Of a stretch of DNA of 64,000 bases, positions 28,346 to 38,754 are shown piece after piece. How positions within the stretch are numbered: the stretch's first letter is position 1; every line of letters starts with the position of its first letter. The stretch lies in assembly GCA_028711215.1 (NCBI GenBank), contig JAQTSO010000003.1, positions 270-64,269 on the forward strand, written 5' to 3'. The notes under the pieces were generated by a model, which was not told where the DNA came from, did not search any database, and saw nothing but the letters and a program-made list of their open reading frames with translations. Position numbers and translations under genes: made by a program. The stretch is from Endomicrobiaceae bacterium (GTDB taxonomy: Bacteria; Elusimicrobiota; Endomicrobiia; Endomicrobiales; Endomicrobiaceae).

Positions 28346-30052
28346 TCAATTGCGGAGTTTTTGTATTATTTGGTCTCTGGATAAAATCCCTTGTATCTGC
28401 CGGTTTCTGTTTATAACTATAATACTTTTGATGCCGTTTGAATGAAGTAGAAATAGTGCTTTGTATAGGTCATCTTCCTGTTTTATAAATAATGGGTCGG
28501 GATTCATTATTATTTCAATGCTTGCTTCAGTGGTGTTTCCCCTTACTATATAATCTTCAAGATCATCTCTGGTTATAATTCCGGCGAGTTTTTCTTTTTC
28601 ATCCGAAACAGGCAAAATATCATAATCACATCTTCTCATTGATTCAACTGCGTCTTTAACTTTTGTTTCAAGAGATATTGTGCATATTTTTGAGTCCATA
28701 GTATCAAAAGCCTGAATCTTAGTTAGAATTGTTTTTTCTTTTGAGGGAGCATCCTGTTTTAATATAAGAGTAGAATATATAGGAGCATGATTAAGTTTTT
28801 CTGCTACCAAATCTGCTATGGCAACACTGAACATTACGGGTAAAATATTATGATAATCGCCGGTCATTTCAAACACCATTACTACGGCTGTAATCGGTGT
28901 TCTTGCTACCGCTGCAAGAAAAGCTCCCATTCCGACTATTGAAATTGTTACCAGATTTACTTCCATTCCAAAATAGTTTGATATTATGCCTGTTGCATAT
29001 CCCAAAAAAGAACCGAGCATGAGCATCGGTAAAAAAATTCCTCCGGCTGCTCCGGATGAAAAACATAAAGGGGTAACAATAAATTTTACAATAAAAATCA
29101 GGGCAATAATACCTATCGTAAATTTATGTTGCAATAACTGGTCTATAGCTAAGTTGCCGCCCCCTAAAACGTAAGGCAAGCTAAGTCCGATAATACCTAG
29201 TATAAAACCTGCTATTGCCGGTTTTACCCAATTAGGGATATTATACATTTTGTCATATGTTTTAAGATTGAAAAATATCATTTTAGCGAATAAAACACCT
29301 AAAATACCTGCTAAAAATCCGAGTATTATGAAGACAACAAAGCTACCTGCGGCTATGTGTACCGCAATATCAGATGACGGAACCAGAAAGGATGGACTTT
29401 CACCTAGAAAATATCTGGAAACGCTTACGGCACTTACGGTTGCCACTAAAACGGAAAACAGTGTTGATGCGGAAAATTTTTGGGTAAGTTCTTCAAGGGC
29501 AAATATTGTTGCAGAAATCGGGGCATTAAAAGTTGCTCCTATAGCAGCGGCAGCTCCGCTTGCAATAAGATTGTGCTGAATTGTTCCTTTCAGTTTAAAT
29601 AATTTTGCAATTAAGGCACCCACACCTGCACCGATTTGTACGCTTGGTCCTTCACGTCCTAAAGAAAGTCCGGAGCCTATTCCTATTATACCTGCAAAAA
29701 ATTTAACAGTAATACTTCTGATTCTTGTTCTTTTTCCAAGTCTTGCCAGAGTGAGTTTAACATATGGAATTCCGCTCCCTTTCGTTTCGGGAGCAATCTT
29801 AAATACAAGAAGTCCGGCTATTAAGCCGGCAAGAGACAGAAATAAAGGGAAAATAATAATTCTTTGGATAACGGTAAAATTGGAAAAAAAGTTTTGAGTC
29901 AGTGTAAATAATTTATTTATGGCTGTGTTGAACAAAATCACAAACAAAGCGACTATTAATCCTACCAATACAGCCTGCAAGATTATTTCGCTTCGTGAAA
30001 TGTCCTGAAAAAATATTTTTGTTTTGTTTAATATAGAAGTTTTCATTGACAT
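28346..30052 (-). CDS. ClC-family chloride channel/antiporter with C-terminal CBS pair
   Basis: 568 aa. Selectivity motifs GSGIP, GREGPSVQ and GGIFLP. C-terminal tandem CBS-like segments. Confidence 0.9.
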   Translation of the reverse strand: MSMKTSILNKTKIFFQDISRSEIILQAVLVGLIVALFVILFNTAINKLFTLTQNFFSNFTVIQRIIIFPLFLSLAGLIAGLLVFKIAPETKGSGIPYVKLTLARLGKRTRIRSITVKFFAGIIGIGSGLSLGREGPSVQIGAGVGALIAKLFKLKGTIQHNLIASGAAAAIGATFNAPISATIFALEELTQKFSASTLFSVLVATVSAVSVSRYFLGESPSFLVPSSDIAVHIAAGSFVVFIILGFLAGILGVLFAKMIFFNLKTYDKMYNIPNWVKPAIAGFILGIIGLSLPYVLGGGNLAIDQLLQHKFTIGIIALIFIVKFIVTPLCFSSGAAGGIFLPMLMLGSFLGYATGIISNYFGMEVNLVTISIVGMGAFLAAVARTPITAVVMVFEMTGDYHNILPVMFSVAIADLVAEKLNHAPIYSTLILKQDAPSKEKTILTKIQAFDTMDSKICTISLETKVKDAVESMRRCDYDILPVSDEKEKLAGIITRDDLEDYIVRGNTTEASIEIIMNPDPLFIKQEDDLYKALFLLHSNGIKSIIVINRNRQIQGILSRDQIIQKLRN

Positions 30053-30264
30053 ATATTATATAACTTTTTGAGACGAATTAAATAAAAATTAAAAATTGCA
30101 AAAAAATAAACTACAAATAATATATAATAAACAAAATGTATGATTTAACATATTAATATGTTGGTTTATAAGGCAAGTGTCGGATAAATAAGTAAAAAAA
30201 CATTAAAAGTATAATTATACACGTGTGTAACATTTTGCATGTTGTTGATGTCTAACTAATCATT

Positions 30265-31527
30265 ATGAACAAAATATTCTCATTTATTTTTTTTATGTTT
30301 CTTGTAAGTTGTGCTTTTGCACAGGACACGAAAATCTTAACTTGGCAACAGTGTATTGATATGGCAAATCAATACAATCAAGACCTCATCATTGCAAAAA
30401 AAAATCTGGCTATTGCTGAATATGATTACTATATTTCATGGAACAATTATTATCCCTCGGTTAATTTTAAATACGGTTTTGACAGAAAAGGCAACGGAGT
30501 TACGGAAAACAACTGGGGGGCAAATTTAAGTGCTTCACAAACCCTATACGATTTTAAAAATAATGCAGAACTCAGTAGTAAAAAAGCTGCCGTAGATAAA
30601 ACTGTTGCACAATTAAAAAAATCTTATGCAGAAGTCTATTATTCTATCCGGGAAGCCTTTTTGAAAATGTGTTATGCACAAGAAAATATTAATCTTTTAG
30701 AAAATATATATACTTTAAGAAACCAAAGTTCAGAAATTGTCAGATTGCAATATGAAGGCGGGAAAGAAAGCAAAGGTAATATGTTAAGAGCTCAGGCACA
30801 AAAACATTCGGCATATACTGATGTTTTAAATGCCAAAAGAGATTTAAGTCTTGCCAGAAGAACACTTTGTGAAGTATTAGGGGTTGATATTAATCAAGAT
30901 TTTACAGTTAATGCGGAATTGTCACTTTTAGAAGACAATATAGAAATAGATGTAGATGCTAAAGCTTTGGAAGTTCCTGATGTTATTATTGCATCTTCAG
31001 ATGTACAGATAGCAGAATATAAGGTTTCTTATTCAAAAGGCAGTTTATATCCTAATTTATCAGCTTCAGCTTCAGTTGGTTTATCTGATGAAAGCAATCC
31101 AATACCTCCTGCCGACAGTAAGTCATGGAGTTTAGGCGTTGCATTAAATTATCCGTTGTTTTCAGGCGGAATAACAAGTGTTAAAAATACGATATTATCT
31201 TCAAAGACTGCGCTGGAACAAAGTCAGCAGGTATATAAAAAAACAGTATTAAATGCAAAGACAACTCTCCAGGATATACAGATGACAATAGAGAGAAGCA
31301 AAGATAATGTTATAACCTATCAGATGTTTTTAGAAGCATCAATACAGAGACAAAAAGAAGCTAATATAAAATATCTTGCCGGTAGTATGGAATTTCAAAC
31401 GTGGCAGGATATAGAGCAGGAATTAGTCAATAATCAAATATCACATTTATCAGCTTTGCATAATTATAATCTTGCATTAGCTAAAAGAGATCAAATGTTA
31501 GGCAATACAAATGGAGAAATTAAATGA
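30265..31527 (+). CDS. TolC-family outer membrane efflux protein, probable lipoprotein
   Basis: 420 aa. Signal peptide ending in lipobox LVSC. Two repeated alpha/beta halves typical of outer-membrane factors. Stop overlaps the next gene (ATGA). Confidence 0.85.
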   Translation: MNKIFSFIFFMFLVSCAFAQDTKILTWQQCIDMANQYNQDLIIAKKNLAIAEYDYYISWNNYYPSVNFKYGFDRKGNGVTENNWGANLSASQTLYDFKNNAELSSKKAAVDKTVAQLKKSYAEVYYSIREAFLKMCYAQENINLLENIYTLRNQSSEIVRLQYEGGKESKGNMLRAQAQKHSAYTDVLNAKRDLSLARRTLCEVLGVDINQDFTVNAELSLLEDNIEIDVDAKALEVPDVIIASSDVQIAEYKVSYSKGSLYPNLSASASVGLSDESNPIPPADSKSWSLGVALNYPLFSGGITSVKNTILSSKTALEQSQQVYKKTVLNAKTTLQDIQMTIERSKDNVITYQMFLEASIQRQKEANIKYLAGSMEFQTWQDIEQELVNNQISHLSALHNYNLALAKRDQMLGNTNGEIK

Positions 31528-32525
31528 AAAAGAAATTAATAATAGGTTTGGTCATATTGGCAATTTGTTTTGTCGGATACAAATATTTTTTTAAAAAAGA
31601 AAAAGTACAACAAGTTTCCTATACTCCGGTGGAAGTGGTACAATCAGATGTAAAAGAAATCATTGATACAACGGGAGAAGTTTCTGCGTTAAACCGAGTT
31701 GAAATTAAACCGAGTATTGCCGGCAGAGTTGATAAATTATTGGTGGGCGAAGGCGATATTGTCAAAAAAGGCCAGGTTTTGGGATATCTGAGTTCTTCCG
31801 ACAGAGTTGCCATTTTAGATGCAGTCAGAGCAAATGAAAAAGAAAAATTATCAGACTGGGAAAATACCTATAAAGCTACCCCGATTATCTCTCCGATGAA
31901 CGGAAAAATTATTTTAAGAAATGTTGTTGAAGGACAAACAATAGCCACAAGCGATGTATTATTTGCTTTAGCAGATGAATTAATAGTTATTGCAAGCGTT
32001 GATGAAACAGATATAGGTAAAATTAAGGTTGGTCAAAAAGCTGTAATAAGATTGGATGCATATAAAGATATTGATGTTGACGGTGATGTTTTTCAAATTT
32101 TGGAAGAAGGACAAAATGTAAGCAATGTTATTACATATTATGTAAAAATCAGACCGCATAACACTCCTAAATTTTTTAAATCTTTAATGACAGCAAATAT
32201 TGATATAACCGTAACCGACAAAAAGAATGTTACAGTTATTCCATGGGATAGTGCAAATGAAACAGAAGAAGGTAAAGCTTATGTATTGGTTGGTGATAAT
32301 CGTATGCAAAATAAGAAGGAAATAGTTACCGGTATTGTCGACGGAAATAAAATAGAAATAGTTTCAGGATTAAATCCCGGAGATGTTATTCTTCAAAAAA
32401 CAGATCAATATAAATTACAGAATAAAACGGAAGATTCAAAAGGTTTTCTTCAGATGGGACCCGGTAAGAGAAAAAGCAACAGCGAAATCTTAGCAGGTTC
32501 AGAAACCACAAAAACTAAGAAATAA
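31524..32525 (+). CDS. macA: periplasmic adaptor (HlyD/MacA-type membrane fusion protein)
   Basis: 333 aa. N-terminal TM, lipoyl/beta-barrel signatures (G.V..L.V.EGD.VKKGQVL). Lies between the OMF and the MacB-type pump. Confidence 0.8.
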   Translation: MKKKLIIGLVILAICFVGYKYFFKKEKVQQVSYTPVEVVQSDVKEIIDTTGEVSALNRVEIKPSIAGRVDKLLVGEGDIVKKGQVLGYLSSSDRVAILDAVRANEKEKLSDWENTYKATPIISPMNGKIILRNVVEGQTIATSDVLFALADELIVIASVDETDIGKIKVGQKAVIRLDAYKDIDVDGDVFQILEEGQNVSNVITYYVKIRPHNTPKFFKSLMTANIDITVTDKKNVTVIPWDSANETEEGKAYVLVGDNRMQNKKEIVTGIVDGNKIEIVSGLNPGDVILQKTDQYKLQNKTEDSKGFLQMGPGKRKSNSEILAGSETTKTKK

Positions 32526-32544
32526 AAAGTTTACGAGAGAATAA

Positions 32545-34503
32545 ATGTCAAAAGAAAATAAACCGTTGTTGGTAATTAAAAATATAACAAAAATTTATGA
32601 TATTGGTGATACCGAATTAGAAATTTTAAAAGGCATAAATCTTACAATAGAGGAAGGCGAATTCGTAGCTATTATGGGACATTCAGGTTCCGGTAAAAGC
32701 ACATTAATGCATATACTTGGTCTTTTAGACAGACCATCCGACGGGATTTATGAAATATACGGACAGAATGTTTTAAAGTTTGATGATAATCAGACAGCTT
32801 TTTTAAGGTCTAAAATTATAGGTTTTGTTTTTCAACAATATAATTTGTTGAATAAAATGACAGCCTGTGATAATGTGGCATTACCTCTTATTTATTCAGG
32901 CGGGAAAAATCGTTTAGAAAAAGCAAAGCAACTTTTAACGGATGTTGGGCTTGATGACAGATTGGAACATAAACCCAACCAATTATCCGGTGGACAACAG
33001 CAAAGGGTAGCTATTGCAAGAGCACTAGTTAATAGTCCTAAGATAATTTTTGCTGACGAACCAACCGGGAACCTTGCTTCAACCCAATCAAATGAAATAA
33101 TGCAAATATTAACAGACTTAAATAAAAAAGGTATAAGTGTTATTTTGGTAACACATGAGGCTGATATTGCACAATGGGCAAACAGGATAATAACAATCAA
33201 AGACGGTCAGATTATATCAGATACAAGAAAAAATGATTTTGTAAAAGCTACAAGTAGTCCTTTGAAAATAAAAAAAGATTCTTCACGTCTCAGTATGATG
33301 GAATTTTCAGAAAACTTTTTCTCGGCAATAAGAGCAATTTTAGCAAATAAAACACGTTCAATTTTAACAATGCTGGGTATCATTATAGGCGTTGCATCAA
33401 TTATATCAATGTTAGCTCTCGGTAACGGGGCACAGCAATCATTAGAAAAGCAAATTAAATCCATGGGAACAAATTTATTGTATCTTATGCCCGGCAGGAT
33501 TTCTGTTGGCGGTGTTTCAGGAGATGTTGTAAGAAGAATAACTTTAGAAGATGTTAATGCTTTGGCTGAAAATACGGAACTTGTAAAAAATATAGACCCG
33601 AATGTCAGCGGCAACGCACAGGTTGTTTACGGGAATAAAAATACATCCACAAACATAACCGGAGTAACTCCGGTATACCAGTATATGCAGAGTTCGGTTC
33701 CCGAATACGGAAGGTTTTTTACCAATACAGAAAATAATAATGCAGCAAAAGTATGCGTAATCGGCGCTACAGTTGTTAAAAATATTTTCGGCAATGAAAA
33801 TCCTATCGGAAAATATATAAAAATTAACAGAAAACAATTTCGCATTATCGGGATATTGCCGGTTAAAGGGGCACAGGGTCCCAGAGACGGTGATGATAAG
33901 ATAGTAGTTCCTTTAAATACAGCTATGAAAAGATTAATAGGTACAAAATATATATCCTCTGTTTCCGTGGAAGTTCAAGACGGTAAAATTGATGAAACAC
34001 AGGCATATTTACTTTCTACGATGTTGGCAAGGAATAAATTAAATGCAGATAAGGCAGATGCTTTCAGAATAAGAAATATGTCAGATATGATAAAGATGCT
34101 TTCTTCTACAACAAAGACAATGACAATGTTATTAGGTGCGGTTGCAGGTATTTCTTTAATTGTCGGTGGAATAGGTATTATGAATATAATGCTTGTCAGT
34201 GTAACTGAAAGGACAAGAGAGATAGGATTAAGAAAAGCTATAGGAGCAACAAAAATAGCGGTCTTATTGCAATTTTTAATAGAGTCTTCAGTTTTATCTC
34301 TGCTTGGCGGAATATTTGGTGTAATCCTAGGTGTTCTTATTTCTTTGGCTGTTTCAAAATTTGCAGGTTGGGCAGCATTTGTATCAGGTTCTTCAGTTGT
34401 CTTAGCAGTTACTTTTTCTGCAGGTGTCGGTATCGTATTTGGGTTATGGCCGGCAAAAAAAGCTTCAGAATTATCACCTATAGAAGCTCTCCGTTCTGAT
34501 TAA
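32545..34503 (+). CDS. macB: MacB-type ABC transporter (fused ATPase plus FtsX-like permease)
   Basis: 652 aa. Walker A GHSGSGKST, signature LSGGQQQRVAIARAL, Walker B IIFADEPTGNL, then a 4-TM permease with a large periplasmic loop. Confidence 0.9.
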   Translation: MSKENKPLLVIKNITKIYDIGDTELEILKGINLTIEEGEFVAIMGHSGSGKSTLMHILGLLDRPSDGIYEIYGQNVLKFDDNQTAFLRSKIIGFVFQQYNLLNKMTACDNVALPLIYSGGKNRLEKAKQLLTDVGLDDRLEHKPNQLSGGQQQRVAIARALVNSPKIIFADEPTGNLASTQSNEIMQILTDLNKKGISVILVTHEADIAQWANRIITIKDGQIISDTRKNDFVKATSSPLKIKKDSSRLSMMEFSENFFSAIRAILANKTRSILTMLGIIIGVASIISMLALGNGAQQSLEKQIKSMGTNLLYLMPGRISVGGVSGDVVRRITLEDVNALAENTELVKNIDPNVSGNAQVVYGNKNTSTNITGVTPVYQYMQSSVPEYGRFFTNTENNNAAKVCVIGATVVKNIFGNENPIGKYIKINRKQFRIIGILPVKGAQGPRDGDDKIVVPLNTAMKRLIGTKYISSVSVEVQDGKIDETQAYLLSTMLARNKLNADKADAFRIRNMSDMIKMLSSTTKTMTMLLGAVAGISLIVGGIGIMNIMLVSVTERTREIGLRKAIGATKIAVLLQFLIESSVLSLLGGIFGVILGVLISLAVSKFAGWAAFVSGSSVVLAVTFSAGVGIVFGLWPAKKASELSPIEALRSD

Positions 34504-34577
34504 TCATAAACATATGTTATATTTACAGGGTTTGTAAAGATATGATATACTTAGCCATATAAAATCAGAGGGAATAT

Positions 34578-35360
34578 ATGTCTAAAAGAAAAAATAATTT
34601 GACTGCCAAAAGATGGGATAATCAGTTAAAAATCAAGAGCAATAAGCATATATGTCTTAGTTTTTATGAGCTGATTATTGAGTCAAAAAATATGGCACCT
34701 ATTGCAGTGCCGGGTCAGTTTTGTATGGTATCAGTTCCGAATACTTATCTTAGAAGACCTTTAAGTATTTATAAAACCACAAAAACAACAGTATCTTTTT
34801 TATATAAAATTATCGGTAAAGGTACTGAAATTTTATCAACTATGAGACCGGGTGAAACAGTTAAGGTTTTGGGACCTCTCGGTACGGGCTATCCTATAAA
34901 TCAAAAATCTGTTGTTGGAGAACCAATACTTGTTGCAGGTGGAACGGGTATTGCATCGGTTCATTTTTTAGCATCAAAATTGAAAAAGAAAGGGATTTTG
35001 TTTTACGGTGCCAGAACAAAAAAAGAATTACTGTGTTTGTCTGAGTTTAAGAAAATAGGCTGGAAAGTTTTTGTAGCTACTGAAGACGGTTCAAAAGGAT
35101 TTAAAGGTTATGTTACGGATTTACTGAAACAAAATATTACAAAAAACAATATAGTATACACCTGCGGACCAACTCTGATGATGAAGAAAGTAATTTCAAT
35201 TGTTAAAGAATTAAATTTGAAAGGTTATGCTTCTCTTGAAGAAAAAATGGCATGTGGTATAGGCAATTGTCAGGGGTGTGCAGTTAAAGTTGGCGATGAA
35301 TACAAAATGGTTTGTAAAGATGGTCCGGTTTTTTCAATGTCAGAAAATCTAAATGTTTAA
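34578..35360 (+). CDS. pyrK: dihydroorotate dehydrogenase B electron-transfer subunit-like flavoprotein (PyrK family)
   Basis: 260 aa. FNR-like fold (RRPLSI, GPLGTGYP, VAGGTGIA) and C-terminal 2Fe-2S motif CGIGNCQGC-x12-C. No pyrD is adjacent. Confidence 0.8.
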   Translation: MSKRKNNLTAKRWDNQLKIKSNKHICLSFYELIIESKNMAPIAVPGQFCMVSVPNTYLRRPLSIYKTTKTTVSFLYKIIGKGTEILSTMRPGETVKVLGPLGTGYPINQKSVVGEPILVAGGTGIASVHFLASKLKKKGILFYGARTKKELLCLSEFKKIGWKVFVATEDGSKGFKGYVTDLLKQNITKNNIVYTCGPTLMMKKVISIVKELNLKGYASLEEKMACGIGNCQGCAVKVGDEYKMVCKDGPVFSMSENLNV

Positions 35361-36882
35361 ATTAAAATTTTTTTTAAATTCTACGTTTAATATTTTTAAA
35401 ACAGTTGTGTCAAATCCTTTCATTATTTTATTATTCTTCAGTTTTTTTTTAAATTTAATTTGTGTTCTTGGGAAAATTTCGTTTTTGGAACAAAAAATAA
35501 TTGTCGAATATATGTTTTTAGTTGCTGTTCTCATAGCAGGCATATCAGCGTTGTTTCTTAATTCCAAATTAAAATTAAACGATGTAAATATATGTATTTT
35601 ATTGGGTTCCTTATCTTTTTTATTCCATGTTACATATGTTTTGTGTACTTCTATTGAAGAGTATCAATATGATTTATATTTTGATAATAATGGCGGACAT
35701 GTCGGTTATATTTTCTATATATTAAATAAGTTAACATTGCCAAATTTTAATTTTTCGCCGGTTGAGAGGGGGATGTTTTATCATCCTCCGCTACATCATA
35801 TTATATCTGCAATATGGATCAGAATAAATATTTTTATGGGAGTATTAACAAAAAATCAAGCAATTGAAAATCTTCAATTTCTTACATTGTTTTATTCAGG
35901 ATGTATGATTGTAATATTTTATAAATTGTTTAGAGAATTAACGTTAAAAAAATTAGCACTTGTAATTCCTTTTGCTATTGTATGTTTTCACCCTCAGTTT
36001 ATTATGTTCTCAGGAAGTTTAAATAATGATATTTTGTTCCTTGCTTTATCTTTTGCAACAGTTTTATTTGTTATAAAATGGTATAAAAATCCAAACATTA
36101 AAAATATTATAAAAGTTGCGATACTTTTGGGATTAGCTTTTATAACTAAACTTTTGGCATTGATTTTAATTCCGGCTGTTTTTATTATTTTTTTAATTAA
36201 GTTTTTAAATAATAAAAATATTGAATTTAAAAAACAGATTCTAATTTTCTTGTTAATATTTATTCCGCTTGGGTTATGGTATTATATTTATAATTTTATA
36301 AGATGGGATGTCCCTTTTTACTATGTGGGAGGGTTAAATAGATTGAGTGGTTTAATAAATAATTATGTTTATGTGCCTCAAAAATTATTTCATATAGATT
36401 TTAATGTATTTAGAGATATTTTTTATAATCAAAATCTTAATGAAAATATTTTATCAGTCTTATTAAAAACATCTGTTTTTGGTTATAGCCACCACGGTAT
36501 TGCATCAGATGTTATTATGTCCGGTAATATATTATTGTATACAAATATTGTTTTTATAATAATTGCGATACTCTCTGGTGTTATCAGTATTTTAGATAAA
36601 ACAAAAAATTACTTATTAAAAATATTTTTATATACGATATTTGCAACGAATGTATTCTTATATTTTATGTTTTTTATTGCCGGACACAAAATTATCGAAT
36701 ATGAGTTTCGGTTTTTATCTTTTTCAATTTTTATAGGGGTTACTGCTATAGCATTTGTGTTGGATAAAATTCAACATAATGATAGTTTTTTCGTAAAATT
36801 CTATAAATTTTTTATAATTATTTTAACTTTAATTTTTTGTTTAAGTAGTATTGTTTTTTATTTATATATTATTCAATATTAG
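35353..36882 (+). CDS. GT-C fold membrane glycosyltransferase (PMT/ArnT, GT39/83-like)
   Basis: 509 aa with at least 10 hydrophobic segments. Early acidic loop (EEYQYDLYFD) and YHPPLHH motif typical of the PMT_2/ArnT-like family. Start overlaps the pyrK end by 8 nt. Confidence 0.65.
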   Translation: MFKLKFFLNSTFNIFKTVVSNPFIILLFFSFFLNLICVLGKISFLEQKIIVEYMFLVAVLIAGISALFLNSKLKLNDVNICILLGSLSFLFHVTYVLCTSIEEYQYDLYFDNNGGHVGYIFYILNKLTLPNFNFSPVERGMFYHPPLHHIISAIWIRINIFMGVLTKNQAIENLQFLTLFYSGCMIVIFYKLFRELTLKKLALVIPFAIVCFHPQFIMFSGSLNNDILFLALSFATVLFVIKWYKNPNIKNIIKVAILLGLAFITKLLALILIPAVFIIFLIKFLNNKNIEFKKQILIFLLIFIPLGLWYYIYNFIRWDVPFYYVGGLNRLSGLINNYVYVPQKLFHIDFNVFRDIFYNQNLNENILSVLLKTSVFGYSHHGIASDVIMSGNILLYTNIVFIIIAILSGVISILDKTKNYLLKIFLYTIFATNVFLYFMFFIAGHKIIEYEFRFLSFSIFIGVTAIAFVLDKIQHNDSFFVKFYKFFIIILTLIFCLSSIVFYLYIIQY

Positions 36883-38021
36883 TTTATAACAACATCAAAA
36901 ATGCCTTTCTGATGTCTAATATTTTTTATGGTTAAATAGTTATCCGTTAAAGCTTGGTTGCCTCGCAAAGCCACGGCTTTTCTAGTGTTTCCTATAAATT
37001 TTGAATAAAATTCGTTTCTTAAAATTTTATCCAATTCTAAAAGTTTTGATACTCTTTGGTTTATCTCTGATTGGTCTGTAATTTGTTTCATTTCATAGGC
37101 TTTTGTTCCCTTTCTGTTTGAATAAGGAAAAACATGCAGTCTTGAAAATTTATTTTCATTTAGGAATTTATAAGTGTCGTTAAAATCATTTTCTGTTTCA
37201 TTCGGAAATCCGCAAATAATATCAGTAGTTAATGCAATATCTTTAACATTGTTTTTCAGATTGTTCAAAGTTTTATGAAAATCATCAACAGTGTATTTTC
37301 TGTTCATTTGTTTTAAAACATTGTCAGAACCTGATTGTAGTGAAATATGAAGATGATTACATAATCTTAAAGGTTCATTTTTCATCAGTTCAATTAAATT
37401 GTTGTCAATTTCATTCATTTCAATTGATGATAATCGTATTCTGAAGTCTTTATTTATGACAGAAAATATTTGTTTTAATAAATTTGCAATCCCTGTTTCA
37501 TATTTGCCAAGATGAATACCGGTTAAAACAATTTCCGTATAACCGTTATCCAATAAAAAACTGATTTCATTTATTATATCCTGTATTGGTTTTGACCACA
37601 TAATATTTCTTGCATAGGGAACAATACAGTAAGAACAAAAACTGTTGCATCCGTCTTGTATTTTTATGAAAGCTCTCGAGTGATTATCAAATGACTTTAT
37701 AGTTTGAGTTATGTTTTTAAGCAAATCATTTTTTTGTATGACGGTTACAGAGGGGAACTCTTTTAATATTTTTTTATTTGAGATTTTGGCATAGCATCCG
37801 GTCAAAATAATCTTGATGTTTTTTGACAGCAATTTACTTATTAAAGAATTACATTGTCTGTCAGATTGATCTGTAACAGTGCAGGAATTTATTATAACCA
37901 AATCAGCCTCTTCAATAAAATTAACATAAGTATAACCGTTTTGTATAAATTGTTCTCGTATAAGCTGGGTTTCATATTGGTTGACTTTACAGCCGAAAGT
38001 ATAAATAAAGAAGTTTTTCAT
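36879..38021 (-). CDS. mtaB: MiaB-like tRNA methylthiotransferase (MtaB-type)
   Basis: 380 aa. N-terminal UPF0004 Cys triad (FGCKVNQ...), radical-SAM CNSFCSYC and a C-terminal TRAM-like tail. Confidence 0.85.
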   Translation of the reverse strand: MKNFFIYTFGCKVNQYETQLIREQFIQNGYTYVNFIEEADLVIINSCTVTDQSDRQCNSLISKLLSKNIKIILTGCYAKISNKKILKEFPSVTVIQKNDLLKNITQTIKSFDNHSRAFIKIQDGCNSFCSYCIVPYARNIMWSKPIQDIINEISFLLDNGYTEIVLTGIHLGKYETGIANLLKQIFSVINKDFRIRLSSIEMNEIDNNLIELMKNEPLRLCNHLHISLQSGSDNVLKQMNRKYTVDDFHKTLNNLKNNVKDIALTTDIICGFPNETENDFNDTYKFLNENKFSRLHVFPYSNRKGTKAYEMKQITDQSEINQRVSKLLELDKILRNEFYSKFIGNTRKAVALRGNQALTDNYLTIKNIRHQKGIFDVVIN

Positions 38022-38740
38022 AAATTGTTCATTACCAGAACCGAAGCGACTATTGAAGCTGTTTCAATTCTCAAAATGTTTTTGCCGAGAGTTACGGCGT
38101 GTAAATTATTTTTAAAAGCGTATTCTGTTTCCGTATTTTCAAAACCGCCTTCGGGACCTATAAAAATATTTATATTTTTTATGCCGGTAATATTCTTCAA
38201 AAGTGTATCAATAATGTTTGACTGCTCACATTCCCACGGTATAATATTAATTGTGCCGGCTTGTTTTGCAACAATATCTACGGCACTGATAAATTTAACG
38301 GGTTGTTCGATTGACATTAAATCTGCTCTTCCGCATTGAGAGCTTGCAGAAACAGATATTTTTCTGTATCTTTCAAATTTATTATCTGATATTTCCGTTA
38401 GGACACTTCTTGAAGTTATTAAGGGGATAATTTTGGATATGCCGATTTCGGCGGATTTTTCAATTAACCACTCAAATCTTTCACCTTTTGCAATTGCGGT
38501 ATATAACGAAACTTTAATTTTAGGCAAAACGAATGGTATTTTAGAAACTATTTGTCCGTTCAAAGAATTTTTACTAATGGCAGTTATTTTTGCCAAATAT
38601 GAATTTCCAAGACCATCAAAAATATTTATTTCATCGCCGACATTAAACCTTCTTACACCTGCTAAATAATGGAACTGTTCATCAGTTACGATGAATAGAT
38701 TGTTATTAATATCTTTTGGATTTATATAGAAATGTGGCAT
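38018..38740 (-). CDS. rsmE: 16S rRNA (uracil1498-N3)-methyltransferase RsmE
   Basis: 240 aa. PUA-like N-terminus (HYLAGVRRFNVGDEI) and SPOUT C-terminus (IGPEGGF). Stop overlaps the mtaB start (4 nt). Confidence 0.88.
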   Translation of the reverse strand: MPHFYINPKDINNNLFIVTDEQFHYLAGVRRFNVGDEINIFDGLGNSYLAKITAISKNSLNGQIVSKIPFVLPKIKVSLYTAIAKGERFEWLIEKSAEIGISKIIPLITSRSVLTEISDNKFERYRKISVSASSQCGRADLMSIEQPVKFISAVDIVAKQAGTINIIPWECEQSNIIDTLLKNITGIKNINIFIGPEGGFENTETEYAFKNNLHAVTLGKNILRIETASIVASVLVMNNL

Positions 38741-38754
38741 ATTATACCAAGAAT

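Noticed and set aside
30053-30264. Divergent ClC/TolC intergenic region, examined for a regulator operator or palindromes (e.g. TTGCAA...TATAAT-like hexamers).
   Set aside because: In DNA this A/T-rich, -35/-10-like hexamers occur by chance. I found no convincing inverted repeat, so I do not call a promoter or operator.
34504-34577. PyrR-binding attenuator upstream of pyrK (the AATCAGAGGGAAT segment resembles part of the PyrR box).
   Set aside because: The similarity is limited to a purine run that doubles as the Shine-Dalgarno sequence. There is no flanking stem-loop, terminator or antiterminator alternative.
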